64,000 nucleotides of DNA from Eledone cirrhosa (taxonomy: Eukaryota): NCBI GenBank assembly GCA_964016885.1, contig OZ024741.1, positions 280,054,001-280,118,000 of the forward strand, written 5' to 3'. Under the pieces are notes generated by a model. The model worked only from the letters and a program-made list of their open reading frames with translations. It searched no databases and was not told where the DNA came from. A program made the translations under genes and the position numbers. Every line of letters starts with the position of its first letter. Position 1 is the stretch's first letter. This document shows, piece after piece, positions 1 to 11,611 of the stretch.

Positions 1-129
1 TGAAAACACACCCATCCAGAACATATCTATATTAATGCCAAAATCAATTCATTTTTATATGTAGGAGGTTTATATATAATACCTATTACAAGGGGATTAC
101 TTTTTTATGTATAGTATATAATTATTTTT

Positions 130-612
130 ATTCATCATCAATTTGTTTCTGCTTTTCCAAGTTTGCATGGATTGAATGGGTCCTTCCAGCACAGCTTCCT
201 TCCACTTGTAGCATTCCATTGTCATATCTTCTGTGAGGTTCAGTGGTTTGAGATCAGCTCTAAATCACCTCTGGTCAAGTTTTTCTCGGTCTTCCTTTGC
301 TGCAGTTTTCTTCCTCTGGCATCTCCTGGTACTTCTCCACTCAGCATTCAGCATTCTTATGCATCACATATCCATACCAGTTCAGTCTTTTCTCTTACAT
401 ACTACATCTGATTCCTCTTATACCCAGCTTTTCTCTCAGTTCATCCATGCTCTCTAGTTCATGCACACTAACATTATACATCCAATGGAGCATGCTTGCT
501 TCATTTGTCTCCAGGCTCCATTTCTCCTCTGCAATTATTGTTCATGCCTCACTACCATGCAACATCATACTTCCCACACATGCATCAATTTGTGTTTTGC
601 AGAATTTCAAGA
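130..612 (-). mobile_element. Decayed 3' fragment of RTE-clade LINE
   Basis: The minus strand resembles the RTE C-terminal region seen elsewhere in the window (25790-26905, 63221-63480) and ends in a ccatgcaaacttggaaaagcag...(atg)n tail. Many stops; boundaries approximate. Confidence 0.65.
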
Positions 613-2629
613 TGCAGGCTTACATTTATATACTTTACTATGTATTATATTTTCAATTTAAAACAATCTGTCACATTTTGAAAATGTTAAAGATTTTTCT
701 AATGAATACATATTGGTTTTGAGTGTTTATATGGTTGGATTTTCTTCCTCTCGCCAATAACTATATCAAAGGGAACTGGGTGTATTTATCTTGGTACTGA
801 TGCTAGTGAAGTTATTTTATCTGTTTAACAGACCTGTTTATCCTATTGTTGGGTTTATTTAAGAATATTATATCTCGTAAATGAGTTGTATTTATTGTAG
901 CATAAGAGGTCCCATCTCAATTGAGAAGAAGTTGGAAAAGAATAAAAGGGCAAATAGAAAAGGAAAAAAAGTAGAGAGTGCAATAAACACTGAGTTACCA
1001 GTATAGCTTAAGTTACTTCATTGGAGAGTGACTGTTAGTTGTAAAGGCTTTTCAAATAATTCATACTTCTATTTCCCATTGCTATTTGTGTGTCTTATCA
1101 CTATGAGATAAATGTTGATCAGGATTCAATGACAATGAGCTTCCTTTCCTGTCTAATCGTGATCTCCGACTTCCCTTGATTACTGTCTAACCTTGATCCC
1201 TGACTTCCCTTGATCTCTGTCCTCCAAAGCAGCTGGTAGAGGTTCACAGCTGATGAGTGTTACATTCCAGCACAATAAGGGGGTGTAGTGTTTATTAAAA
1301 AAGTCATTAAAGTAACTATTAAAGGCTTTATGATAATTGACATAACTATGTACTTTGAAACTGTATTTGAATTCCTGTGCAATGTGAATATTTGTTGTAA
1401 ATTTAGTGGAATGCATTGAGTATAACTTTGCAATTAATATCTTTTGAAAATATAAATAACAATGAACAGCCTGTGGATAAAAATGAAAATTATACAACTC
1501 GACAGATAACTTATAATTTATTTCATAAACTCTTGGTGACATGCAGTCTAATTTGTTCTGTATGCAGAGAAGGGTGACTAAAAATTCAGGACTGAACTGT
1601 GTGTTCAATGGGTACAAAAACAGTTTAGTAGTAGTATTCCTGGCAAGCTGACATGTAAGTCAGGTTTTCAGTTCAGTTCAGTAGGTTGTTTTAGGACAGT
1701 CCAGATGAAAGTAATGACCTATAATGAGTAAATAAAATGCTATTACAAGTGTATTCTGTTTGTCAAAATATGTAATCAATTATCCACCACCATCATCATC
1801 ATCATTGTCTCCTCCATATTGAGGAATATCCATTGTTTAATTTTTTATTGTTACCTTTCTTTTTGCTATTGTTAATTCTATTTACACGCACAACCCACAT
1901 TGAACATATACACCCACTCTGTTTTTGTCCTATGTCGTACTAATATTTTCTTAATGCTAACCGTTGTGGAGAAATAAGAAATCATTAATAATAATAATAA
2001 TAACAATAACAATAATAAAGAGGACATTAAGAGGACAATAAGGACTGTACAAAACAGTACAGTGTGGGTTTTTTTCGGCGTGTGTGAAAGAAAGGTTTAT
2101 AAAGACGAAAAACTAAACACTTAAAAATAAAAATAAACATTTTATTTTTAAATACAATGTATTTCATTAGAAATATGGTAACTCAATGGTTAAAAAAGAT
2201 TGAAACTTATTAGATTTATAAAATAGTGGAATATGAAAGAGAAACAAGAAAATTAGTGAAGTAACTTTTTGGCATTTATGGAAAAAAAAATTTTTTTAAT
2301 TTTAAAGAAAAAATTAAAAGTTATAAAAGATTAAAATGTGAAATTACTTTCTATATGTGAACAATATTTCCTTTTTTTTTCATTTCCTTAAAATTGTAAT
2401 TGCTATAATAATATTGTCAACGAAAATCAACATAAGTTAGACTGATGGGTGGAAGTGAGAAAGGATGAAGGAGACGAGTTGATAGCAGGCAATAAGATAG
2501 CTGTGGATTTGAACAAAAGGAGCAATAAAAGCAATATTTTTATTAAAATTTGTTAAAATTGCGATTTTAAATATTTCATTATTATTTTAGATTAAACTAA
2601 AAGATTGTTATGATTATTATATATCTAAG

Positions 2630-2881
2630 GCAGTAGTACTGGTGCCATGATAAAAAGCACCCAGTCTACTCTGTAAGATGGTAGTGCCGGAATCATGATA
2701 AAATGCTCCCAGTACAAGCTGTAAAGTGATTGACTTTAGGAAGGGCATCCAGCTGTAGAAACCAAGCTCAAAATGGAACATATAAACAAGACATTGGCAC
2801 CTGACAGGTCTAGCTTCAGTATGTGACAACCCATCTAACCAATGTAAGCATGGAAAATAGACATTAAGCAGCGATGATGAT
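2630..2881 (+). repeat. SINE body/tail fragment with RTE-type 3' end
   Basis: Contains ggtgccat..aaaagcacccag..ctgtaaagtg modules, aggaagggcatccagctgtagaaa, and a ccatctaacc..gcatggaaaatagacattaa..gatgatg tail shared with many copies in the window. Confidence 0.65.
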
Positions 2882-3122
2882 CAATAAGAATAAGACAGAT
2901 AGTATGGTTATGAATTATTAATAGTAATTTTTTTAATATTTTGTTTTCAATTTTTTTTTAGTTTTTTAACAGGCTGTTATAAATGAACATGAACTATATG
3001 TAACTAAGCAAATAGGAACGTCAAATACATAAATCTGAACGTAGATACACTTAGGACAAACGCAAAGTAATTTCTGAATGTGAATAATACACTCCGAAAA
3101 TAAAGCCAATAATAAAAAAAAA

Positions 3123-3575
3123 CACTCAGTGGATATGACTATTGAATGCCAGACTCATAACTTATACACTCATTAAAACAAAGCCTAAACTAAATGTTAC
3201 AAGACATCATCCATAATTCCTACCTCAAACATCATCCATATTTTCTGACTCAAACTCCGTAAACCCTGCCACCAACTCACTCCAAATATGAGTATGTGGG
3301 AGATGGACTTTTTCAAGCTGCAGCCGTCATATTATGCAGTTTCTGTATAAGAAACCAAGCCCAAACCAGTTCTGTGTGAGCGAATCAGGTCCCCTGACCT
3401 GATCTCTCACAAAGGATCAGCTCGTCCTACCCATGCTAGCATGGAAGATGGACGTTAAACGATGATGCTGATGATGATGATGATGATGAATAAACAATAT
3501 CTATTATTATCAGCATTGACTACAACCCCATTGCGTAATAATCTACACCAACCAGACCCATTCCCGAAACTAACA
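3123..3575 (+). repeat. Unclassified interspersed repeat, interrupted at about 3352-3489 by an RTE-tailed SINE fragment
   Basis: Colinear with 61770-62075 (shared gggagatggacttt..caagctgcagcc..cagtttctgtataagaa and gactacaac). The inserted piece ends in (gat)n. Confidence 0.6.
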
Positions 3576-3825
3576 GATAAACTTATTTAAAGTCTGTTTA
3601 GAGCCAATTTGTGATGCTTTACAACATCCCAAAACATGCCTGATAAATTAAATTAGAGATTTTAATAAAGATTTTATTTACAAACTATTATTAACAGATC
3701 TGGATTTCATATTACATTGACAAAATAAATGGATAACAATTTTTATAATTTGTAAATTTTTAATTAATATTGATGAAGAGAAATTGATTGAAATATATTT
3801 CGATGAAGAGAAATTCATTGAAATA

Positions 3826-4013
3826 CAATGGAACCTCAGTTCACAAACTTAATTCATTCCTGAAAGCTGTTCACAAACTGGAACCATTTTCCCCATATTA
3901 AATGTTGAGAGAGAAATACATCGAGAGAGCTAGATATCACCATAGTAACACAGCAAGTGATGTTTTGCCATTGATATTCATAGCTTATCGCACCAACTGT
4001 TGTTACCACATAC
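3826..4013 (+). mobile_element. Tigger/pogo-like MITE, left part only
   Basis: Starts TA|caatggaacctcagttcacaaacttaatt and is colinear with the complete copy at 11082-11414. The right TIR is missing. Confidence 0.65.
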
Positions 4014-4033
4014 TGTGTATATATATATATATA

Positions 4034-4451
4034 TGTAGCATTCTCTAGACAAAGGGAAGTAGCCAGAGTTACTTCCCGTAGAATTTCTAGAATATTCCTT
4101 GAACTTCCGTTCCAGAGATTATAAAAGAAAGAGCAAAGGGCAATCTCCCTCTCTTTTACCAGCAGGCTCTAGAACTGACCACACCAAGCACAGATACGTT
4201 AAGCTTTTTTCTAATCCTATCTTGTATCTCAGCATTGCACCATATCATGGCACGAGGTACGTTTTACTACCAAAATTGTAACAAGCACACTTCAATAAAT
4301 ACAAGTCGTTATTGATACTCGTTTCTGAAATATTCGTCATGCTTCAGTTATTACATCGTCATTTCTTTTACATCTTCTAAACAAGTTAAATTAGTGGTTG
4401 GCATGTAGTGGTATTTACTGGAGTGGATAACCCTATGGCCAATTCACTAAA
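4034..4451 (+). repeat. 5' LTR (418 bp)
   Basis: tgtagc...ccaattcactaaa; direct repeat of 8906-9323 with about 7 substitutions by eye. Contains tataaaa and aataaa motifs. Confidence 0.95.
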
Positions 4452-4452
4452 T

Positions 4453-4469
4453 TGGTGCCCTGACGTGAT
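4453..4469 (+). promoter_or_regulatory. Primer-binding site, tRNA-Trp-like (degenerate)
   Basis: tggtgccctgacgtgat directly after the 5' LTR, close to the canonical tRNA-Trp PBS tggtgaccccgacgtgat. Confidence 0.8.
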
Positions 4470-4719
4470 GTGAAAATATTTGACGCAACAGTGGGCATTA
4501 ATGCAGGCATAAAACACAGAAAAAAAAAATTTGTCCCTCGTGTCTTTGGTTCAACCAAGCTTTCGTTTTTTTGGAGTCGCCATCTTACTTGCTCGGTGCT
4601 ATATTTTTTTTACTTAAGTTATTCATGGTACTACCACGTGTGCAGCAGTTGGAAAAAAAAAAAGAAACTACGAAGAAATTCTCGCTCAGGGTCTACGGTG
4701 TTAATCATAAGCAATTCTT

Positions 4720-5452
4720 CGTTGGCGGCATTTTCTGGTGATGCCAAATTGTGGTTTGCACAACTGGACTCGCGTTCAAGCAGCACAACAGAGATTACAT
4801 GTGCTTATCAGTGGAATTCCTGCTTCGCTGGCAACCTCAGTTAAAGACATAATTACAGATCCTCCACAAGGCACATCTTACGAAACCCTAAAGGCAGAAG
4901 TGCTCAGACGGAACAGCCGCTCGTCTGAGAGTAGATTTTGTTCCTTGTTGGAAGAGGAAAACCTGGGTGACAGAACTCCGTCTCAATTTGTACGGCGTAT
5001 CCGGGAACTGCGCGACTCAACAGCAGAGGAAAATTCCTTTGTAAAACAGCTATTCTTCTGCCGTTTGCCAACATGTGCAGACCATATTGGCGAATATGGT
5101 TGACACCAGTTCTTTGGAAAAGATTGCAGCCTCGGCGGACCGCATTATGGAATTTTCTCAAGAGCCTACTTCGGCAGATTCAGTCGTCACTTCTTCTGCT
5201 TTTAAAACCCAGCCTGCTTCACCTCCTGAGGACTCGATGTTGAGAGCCATTGATGCGTTAACTCGTCAAGTAGCTAAACTGTATTGGAATCGAATGCCAT
5301 CTAGGTGGCGTTAACGAAATCGGTCTCCTTCTTTTAATCGTTGCACCAACTTCCCCGCCAACAACTCATCTTTGTATTGGTATCACGTGCGATTTTGTGA
5401 AAAAGGGAAACACTGTATTCAGCCCTGCTCTTTCAAGGCCCCGGAAAACTAA
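4720..5452 (+). pseudogene. Gypsy gag, frameshifted
   Basis: Motifs FSGDAKLWFAQL, VKDIITDPP..YETLKAEVL, LGDRTPSQF, IAASADRIME and WYHVRF..K..HCIQPCSF are spread over several frames with stops. Confidence 0.85.
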
Positions 5453-5454
5453 AA

Positions 5455-8400
5455 TTGGAGAGTCTGGGCACGGCAGACCTCTCCCTCAATAATTCACCTT
5501 ATCGTGCTTTCTTCGTCAGAGACCGAGTCTCAAACAGGTCATTTATGGTGGACACAGGGTCTAGTTGCAGCATTTGGCCTTTACGGTTCAGCTCTACCAA
5601 GCCAAATTTTTCCGGCATTTCTTTATATGCAGTGAACCAGTCTCCGATCAAAACCTATGGTCAAATATCTTTATCGTTGGACTTAGCTTTGCGTCGATAT
5701 TTTAAATCGATTTTCGTCATTGCGGACCTACCTCATCCTATTCTCGGTGCCGATCTTTTACACCATTATTCACTTTTGGTAGATGTCAGGAGACAGAAAC
5801 TTGTGGATGGTACCATATCTTTATCTACGCCTGCTTGTAGGTCTACTGCTGCTGTTGTCAGCCCCTCATTTTTTATAGCTGCCTCTGGAAATCAGTTTCA
5901 TTCACTTCTTGCCTCATTTCCCGAGTTAACGGACATCTCATATAAACCTAATCAGGTAGTCCACTCGACTCAACACTTTATTACAACAACTGGCCCGCCT
6001 GTTTTCTCTCATCCACAAAGGTTGGCTCCAGACTAAAGAAAGAGATGAGTTCGAGCACATGCTTCAGCTCGGTCTTATTCGACCTTCCACCAGCCCATGG
6101 GCATCTCCGCTTCACTTGGCTCGAAAGGGTGAAGTGGGTTTTAGGCCGGTGGGAGATTATCGAAGACTTAATGCCATCACTACACCTGATCGTTATCCTT
6201 TACCAAATTTACAGGATTTTTCATCCATTCTGCATGGATGCAAGATATTTTCTAAAATAGATCTGGTACGGGCTTACCATCAAATACCCATAAATCCAGA
6301 AGACATACTAAAAACAGCTGTGACCACCCCCTTTGGTTCGTTTGAATTTCTGTCCATGCCTTTTGGTTTGCGGAATGCCTCTAGCACGTTCCAGCGTTTT
6401 ATCGATGAAGTCACGCGTGGATTGGATTTCGTGTTTGCTTACGTGGATGACCTCTTGATAACCAGTGACACAGCTGAACATCATCATCAACATCTATCCC
6501 AGTTATTTCAACGTCTTCAATCGTACCAACTCAGAATCAACCCAGCTAAATGTGTGTTTGGTACAGCTTCACTGGAATTCCTTGGACATCTTATAGATTC
6601 AGAAGGCATTCGACCTCTGCCATCTAAGGTGGAAGCGATTCAGCGTATCGCACCCCCCACCTCACTGAGACAGTTACGTCATTTCTTGGGATTAATTAAC
6701 TTTTATCGTCATTTTATTCCCAACTGTGCTGAAAAGTTATTCCCCTTGACGCAGCTTTTAAAGGATGCGAAAAAGAAAGATGCACCCATTGTACTTTCTG
6801 CCGATAATTTACAATCGTTTGAATCCATCAAGTCCGAAATAGCTGAAGTTTCTTTCCTCGTGCATCCCGTTGCAAACGCGAGGCTTTCTTTAACTGTTGA
6901 TGTGTCCGATCATGCTGTTGGAGCAGTTTTGCAACATACGATCAACCATCAGGTTTAACCACTTGCATTTTTCTCACGCCAACTTAAACCAGCGGAACAG
7001 AGATACAGCACCTTTGACAGAGAACTTTTGGTGGTCTATCTTGCCATGAAGCACTTCCACCATTTTTTGGAAGGGTGGGAGTTCATGATATTCACAGACC
7101 ATAAACCGCTAACATTCGCTCTCCAATCTAAGTCCGACAGGTACTCTCCAAGGGCATATAGGCATTTGGATCTCATCTTCCAGTACACCAGTGACATTCG
7201 TCATATAGCCAGAGCTGCCAACATACCCACAGACGCACTGTCTCGACTTTCTGTGTGTTCTCTTGCATCTCCTGCATGGCAACTGACCAACCTACTTTGG
7301 ATTCGTTAGACATTTCATCTGACCAGTTCTGCTGCTGCAAATTGCAATATTTACCTCTTCCATCTTCTGAAGGGAAAATTCTCTGCGATATTTATTTCTA
7401 CTGGCTCACCCAGACCACTTGTTCCAGATTGCCATCAACGTACAGTTTTTGATGCACTTCATTCCTTGTCGCATCCCGGCATAGCTGCCACGGTGAAACT
7501 TATTACAGCTTGATTTTTCTGGCCTAATATGCGTCGTTTAATCACCGGTTGGGCACTTTCTCATTTGAAGTGCCAGCGCTCTAAGATTTATCGGCATGTT
7601 CGCGCTCCTCTTGGTAAATTCAGCCCACCGACGCCCATTTCTGTCACATTCACATGGATATTGTTGGTCTGTGGCCCGTTAGTCATGGGTTCACATATAT
7701 ATTGACCTGTATCGATTGTTTCTCTCGGTGGCCTGAAGCCATACCCCTAGTGGTCATAACAGCCGAGTCTGTTGCCCGAGCTTTCATTTCCAATTGGGTT
7801 GCTCACTTTGGTGTTCCTTCTAAAATAACCACGGATCGCAGACGACAGTTCGAGGCTTCCTTATTTCGTGAAATATCTCGACTTTTGGGTGCTCATCATA
7901 TTCATACGACCAACTGTCACCCAGCCTCCAACGGAATGGTGGAGAGGTTTCACAGACAGTTGAAAGCTGCACTCCGTGCTACTCCTGATCCGCAACGTTG
8001 GACCGAATTTTTGCCAATCGTGCTTCTTGGTTGTCGTTCTGCCATTAAGACAGATTTGGGTTTCTCCTCAACTGAACTTCTTTACCTTGACTCTTCCCGG
8101 TTGATTCATTGCATCTTGATCCAACATCATATGTCACCAGGATTCGTTCTTACTTCTCGGATCTTTCACCAAAGAACCCTCGTGACCAGTCTATATCTTC
8201 TGCTGTTCCATCGGATATCTCTACGTGGACACACATTTTTATATGGAATGATTCCATCAAGGGACCGCTTAAGTCACCCTATAATGGACCTTTTTGTGTG
8301 CTTTCGCACACACCAAAACATTTCACAGTGGCTGTCAATGGTTGAAAAGTGACAATATTCATTGACAGAGCAAAGAGGGCTTTCTCTGAAAGTCTCATTA

Positions 8401-8546
8401 CAATGCCTGATACACCACATACATTCACTCCCACACCAACACCTTCACCTCCACCGCAAACACAACATACCACACAACCTTATGTCACACGAGGTGGCAG
8501 AACAGTAAAATGGCCACGTAAACTGTCAAAAACTATATACATTTAA
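5455..8546 (+). pseudogene. Gypsy pol (protease, RT, RNase H, integrase), disrupted
   Basis: Protease VDTG and ILGAD; [26 protein letters not shown]; RNase H RYSTFDREL, TDHKPL; integrase MDIVG..CIDCFSRWPEA, ITTD, NGMVERFHRQLK. Multiple stops, frameshifts and small deletions. Confidence 0.93.
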
Positions 8547-8892
8547 CCCCTAGTGGCATTAACAAACTTTTTTTTCAGTTTCAGATAGAATTAGTGTCAG
8601 AAAAGTCTGTACACTGGTGATGTATGAACTATTTGATTTTGAAGAAACTTTGAACTTACCATTGAGCATTAATTTTTCTCTGCTCCTTTATGTTAACTTT
8701 GAATTATCAGTTTTGTTACATTTACATTTTTTCTTTGTAAAATGCATTTACTTGTTTTGTGCTTTTTTTGCTATTTGCTTCAGTTGCGAGCTCATGTTTT
8801 ATTCATGCACTTTCTTGTACCTTTGCTTTGCTGTTCATTTCTTACGGGTTCTCGCTACAATGACCTTCGGTTGGTTATTCGACTTCTCGTCT

Positions 8893-8902
8893 GAGAGGGG
8901 AA
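8893..8902 (+). promoter_or_regulatory. Polypurine tract
   Basis: gagaggggaa, 3 nt upstream of the 3' LTR. Confidence 0.8.
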
Positions 8903-8905
8903 TCT

Positions 8906-9323
8906 TGTAGCGCTCTCTAGACAAAGGGAAGTAGCCAGAGTTACTTCCCGTAGAATTTCTAGAATATTCTTTGAACTTCCGTTCCAGAGATTATAAAAGA
9001 AAGAGCAAAGGGCAATCTCCCTCTCTTTTACCAGCAGGCTCTAGAACTGACCACACCAAGCACAGATATCTTAAGCTTTTTTCTAATCCTATCTTGTATC
9101 TCAGCATTACACCATATCATGGCACGAGGTACGTTTTACTACCAAAATTGTAACAAGCACACTTCAATAAATACAAGTCGTTATTGATACTCGTTTCTGA
9201 AATATTCGTCATGCTTCAATTATTACATCGTCATTTCTTTTACATCTTCTAAACAAGTTAAATTAGTGGTTGGCATGTAGTGGTATTTACTGGAGTGGAT
9301 AACCCTATGGCCAATTCACTAAA
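8906..9323 (+). repeat. 3' LTR (418 bp)
   Basis: Near-identical direct repeat of 4034-4451. Confidence 0.95.
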
Positions 9324-9371
9324 TATATATATATTAAGTAAGAATATTTTTGAAACAGCGAGCGAGTTTGA

Positions 9372-9542
9372 AATTATAAATACAAGCTATCGCTGTATTT
9401 TGACTAAAGATGGGTATTGACGTACATGTATGTCAATACTCATCTTTTTCCATTTCTCCGAGGGTTCCTAACCCCACTATCAGGCTAAATAATTTCTTTA
9501 ATTTCTTTAGTCAAAATACGGCGATAGCTTATATTCATAATT
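9372..9542. repeat. Nested inverted-repeat element (39-bp arms plus an internal 42-bp palindrome)
   Basis: 9372-9410 is the reverse complement of 9504-9542 with 3 mismatches. 9406-9447 is a palindrome with 2 mismatches. A cctaacccc motif lies between the arms. Confidence 0.8.
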
Positions 9543-9560
9543 ATATATATATATATATAT

Positions 9561-11055
9561 ATATAAGTATGTATACGTACATACATATATGTATACAGAC
9601 GAACAGTAGTATCTATATATATACATACATGCACACATATATATATGTACGTATGGATTCACCGAACATTTATTATAATGCTCGGTTTGTTTGTAAACAA
9701 ACATCCCGAATTAAGCCGTACAGTGTTTAGCAACCATCGTTGCCCTTTTGTTCAACACTGGCAAAGGACAAAGGAACGATGTACTAGTTTCAAGCTTATT
9801 AGCTATCGTCAGCACTGTAAACCTTCCTGCCAGATGATTGAACGTTTGAAAGTATATACTTTCCTTATGCATATTAACAGCTGAGTAGCCTAATTTGCAT
9901 ATCGAGTGAGTTAATCGGCCGGGCGCACTGAAAACGATAAATGGAAAAAATTAAACAAAATTTCATTTCTCACTCTTAGTATTGCTGTTACTTAAATATA
10001 AGTATGTATACGTACATACATATATGTATACAGACGTACAGTAGTATGTATATATATACATGCACACATATATGTACGTATGGATTCACCGAACATTTAT
10101 TATAATGCTCGGTTTGTTTGTAAACAAACATCCTGAATTAAGCCGTACAGTGTTTAGCAACTTTCGTTGCCCTTTTGCTTAACACTGGCAAAGGAACGAT
10201 GTACTAGTTTCAAGCTTATTAGCTATCGTCAGCACCGTAAACCTTCCTGCCAGATGATTGAACATCTGAACGTATATACTTTCCTTATGCATATTAATGG
10301 CTGAGTAGACTAATTTGCATATCGAGTGAGTTAATCAGCCGGGCGCACCGAAAACGATAAATGGAAAAAATGAAACGAAATTTCATTTCTCACTCTTAGT
10401 ACGGCTGTTACTTAAATATAGTTGCTAAACACTGTCTGGCTTAATTCGGGATGTTTGTTTACAAACAAACCGAGCATTATAATAAATGTTCGGTGAATCC
10501 ATACGTACATATATATATGTGTGCATGTATGTATATATATATACATACTCTGTACGTCTGTATACATATATGTATGTACGTATACATATTTATATTTAAG
10601 TAACACCCGTACTAAGAATGAGAAATGAAATTTTGTTTCCTTTTTTCCATTTATCGTTTTCGGTGCGCCTGGCCGATTAACTCACTCGATATGCAAATTA
10701 GGCTACTCAGCCGTTAATATGCATAAGGAAAGTATATCCTTTCAGACGTTCAATCATCTAGCAGGAAGGTATACGGTGCTGACGATAGCTAATAAGCTTG
10801 AAACTAGTACATCGTTCCTTTGCCAATGTTGAACAAAAGGGCCACGATGGTTGCTAAACACTTAATTCGGGATGTTTGTTTACAAACAAACCGAGCATTA
10901 TAATAAATGTTCGGTGAATCCATACGTACATATATATATATATATATACTACTGTACGTCTGTATACATATATGTATGTATGTATACATACATATATTTA
11001 AGTAACAGCCTTACTAAGAGTGAGAAATGAAATTTCGTTTCATTTTTTCCATTTA
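9561..11055. repeat. ~420-bp complex tandem repeat: two forward units, then about 1.5 inverted units
   Basis: cttaaatata recurs at 9991 and 10411 (period 420). From 10421 the sequence is the reverse complement of the unit (gttgctaaacac...). Confidence 0.9.
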
Positions 11056-11081
11056 TATATATATACACACACACACACATA

Positions 11082-11414
11082 CAGTGGAACCTCGGTTCAT
11101 GAACTTAATTTGTTCCTAAAGGCCATTCATCACGCAAAATGTTCGTAAACCGAAACTATTTTTCCCATACAAAATGTTGAGAGAGAAATACAATGAGAGA
11201 GGGACTCTGAGTGAAAGATTGATAGATGTCACCATAGTAACTAACTACACAGCAAGTGAGACTTTGCTACTGATACTGCAAGTTTATCGCCAACTGTTGT
11301 TGCCAGCTTATGTATTTGTTATTCGAGACACTATTCGTGATATTTTATGTTTGGAAAAATTGTTCATGAACCGATTTATTCAAGATGAGGTGTTCGTGAA
11401 CCAAGATTCAACTG
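11082..11414 (+). mobile_element. Tigger/pogo-like MITE, complete
   Basis: TIRs cagtggaacctcggttcatgaac / gttcgtgaaccaagattcaactg, with TA on both sides. Confidence 0.8.
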
Positions 11415-11580
11415 TATCCATAGTGTAGGTACTAGGTTGTTGGAGTTTCTTTTATTTCTCTGTGCTGTTATTGTTAAAGTATTACCTTCCCATATCATTT
11501 ACATGCTTCTTTCTTTAACACTTATAGTATAGCATAGAGTTCAATCGACAAGATCCCAACCTCATTCGCTTACCAAGTGT

Positions 11581-11611
<31 letters not shown>

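Larger units (their letters stand above)
4034..9323 (+). mobile_element. Ty3/Gypsy LTR retrotransposon, full length, internally degraded
   Basis: Two 418-bp LTRs, PBS, PPT, and the order gag-PR-RT-RH-INT. TATA on both flanks inside a (TA)n tract. Confidence 0.97.

Noticed and set aside
4099-9153. Duplicated 60-aa ORF MNFRSRDYKRK...
   Set aside because: It lies inside the two LTRs, starts at TTG and has no protein features.
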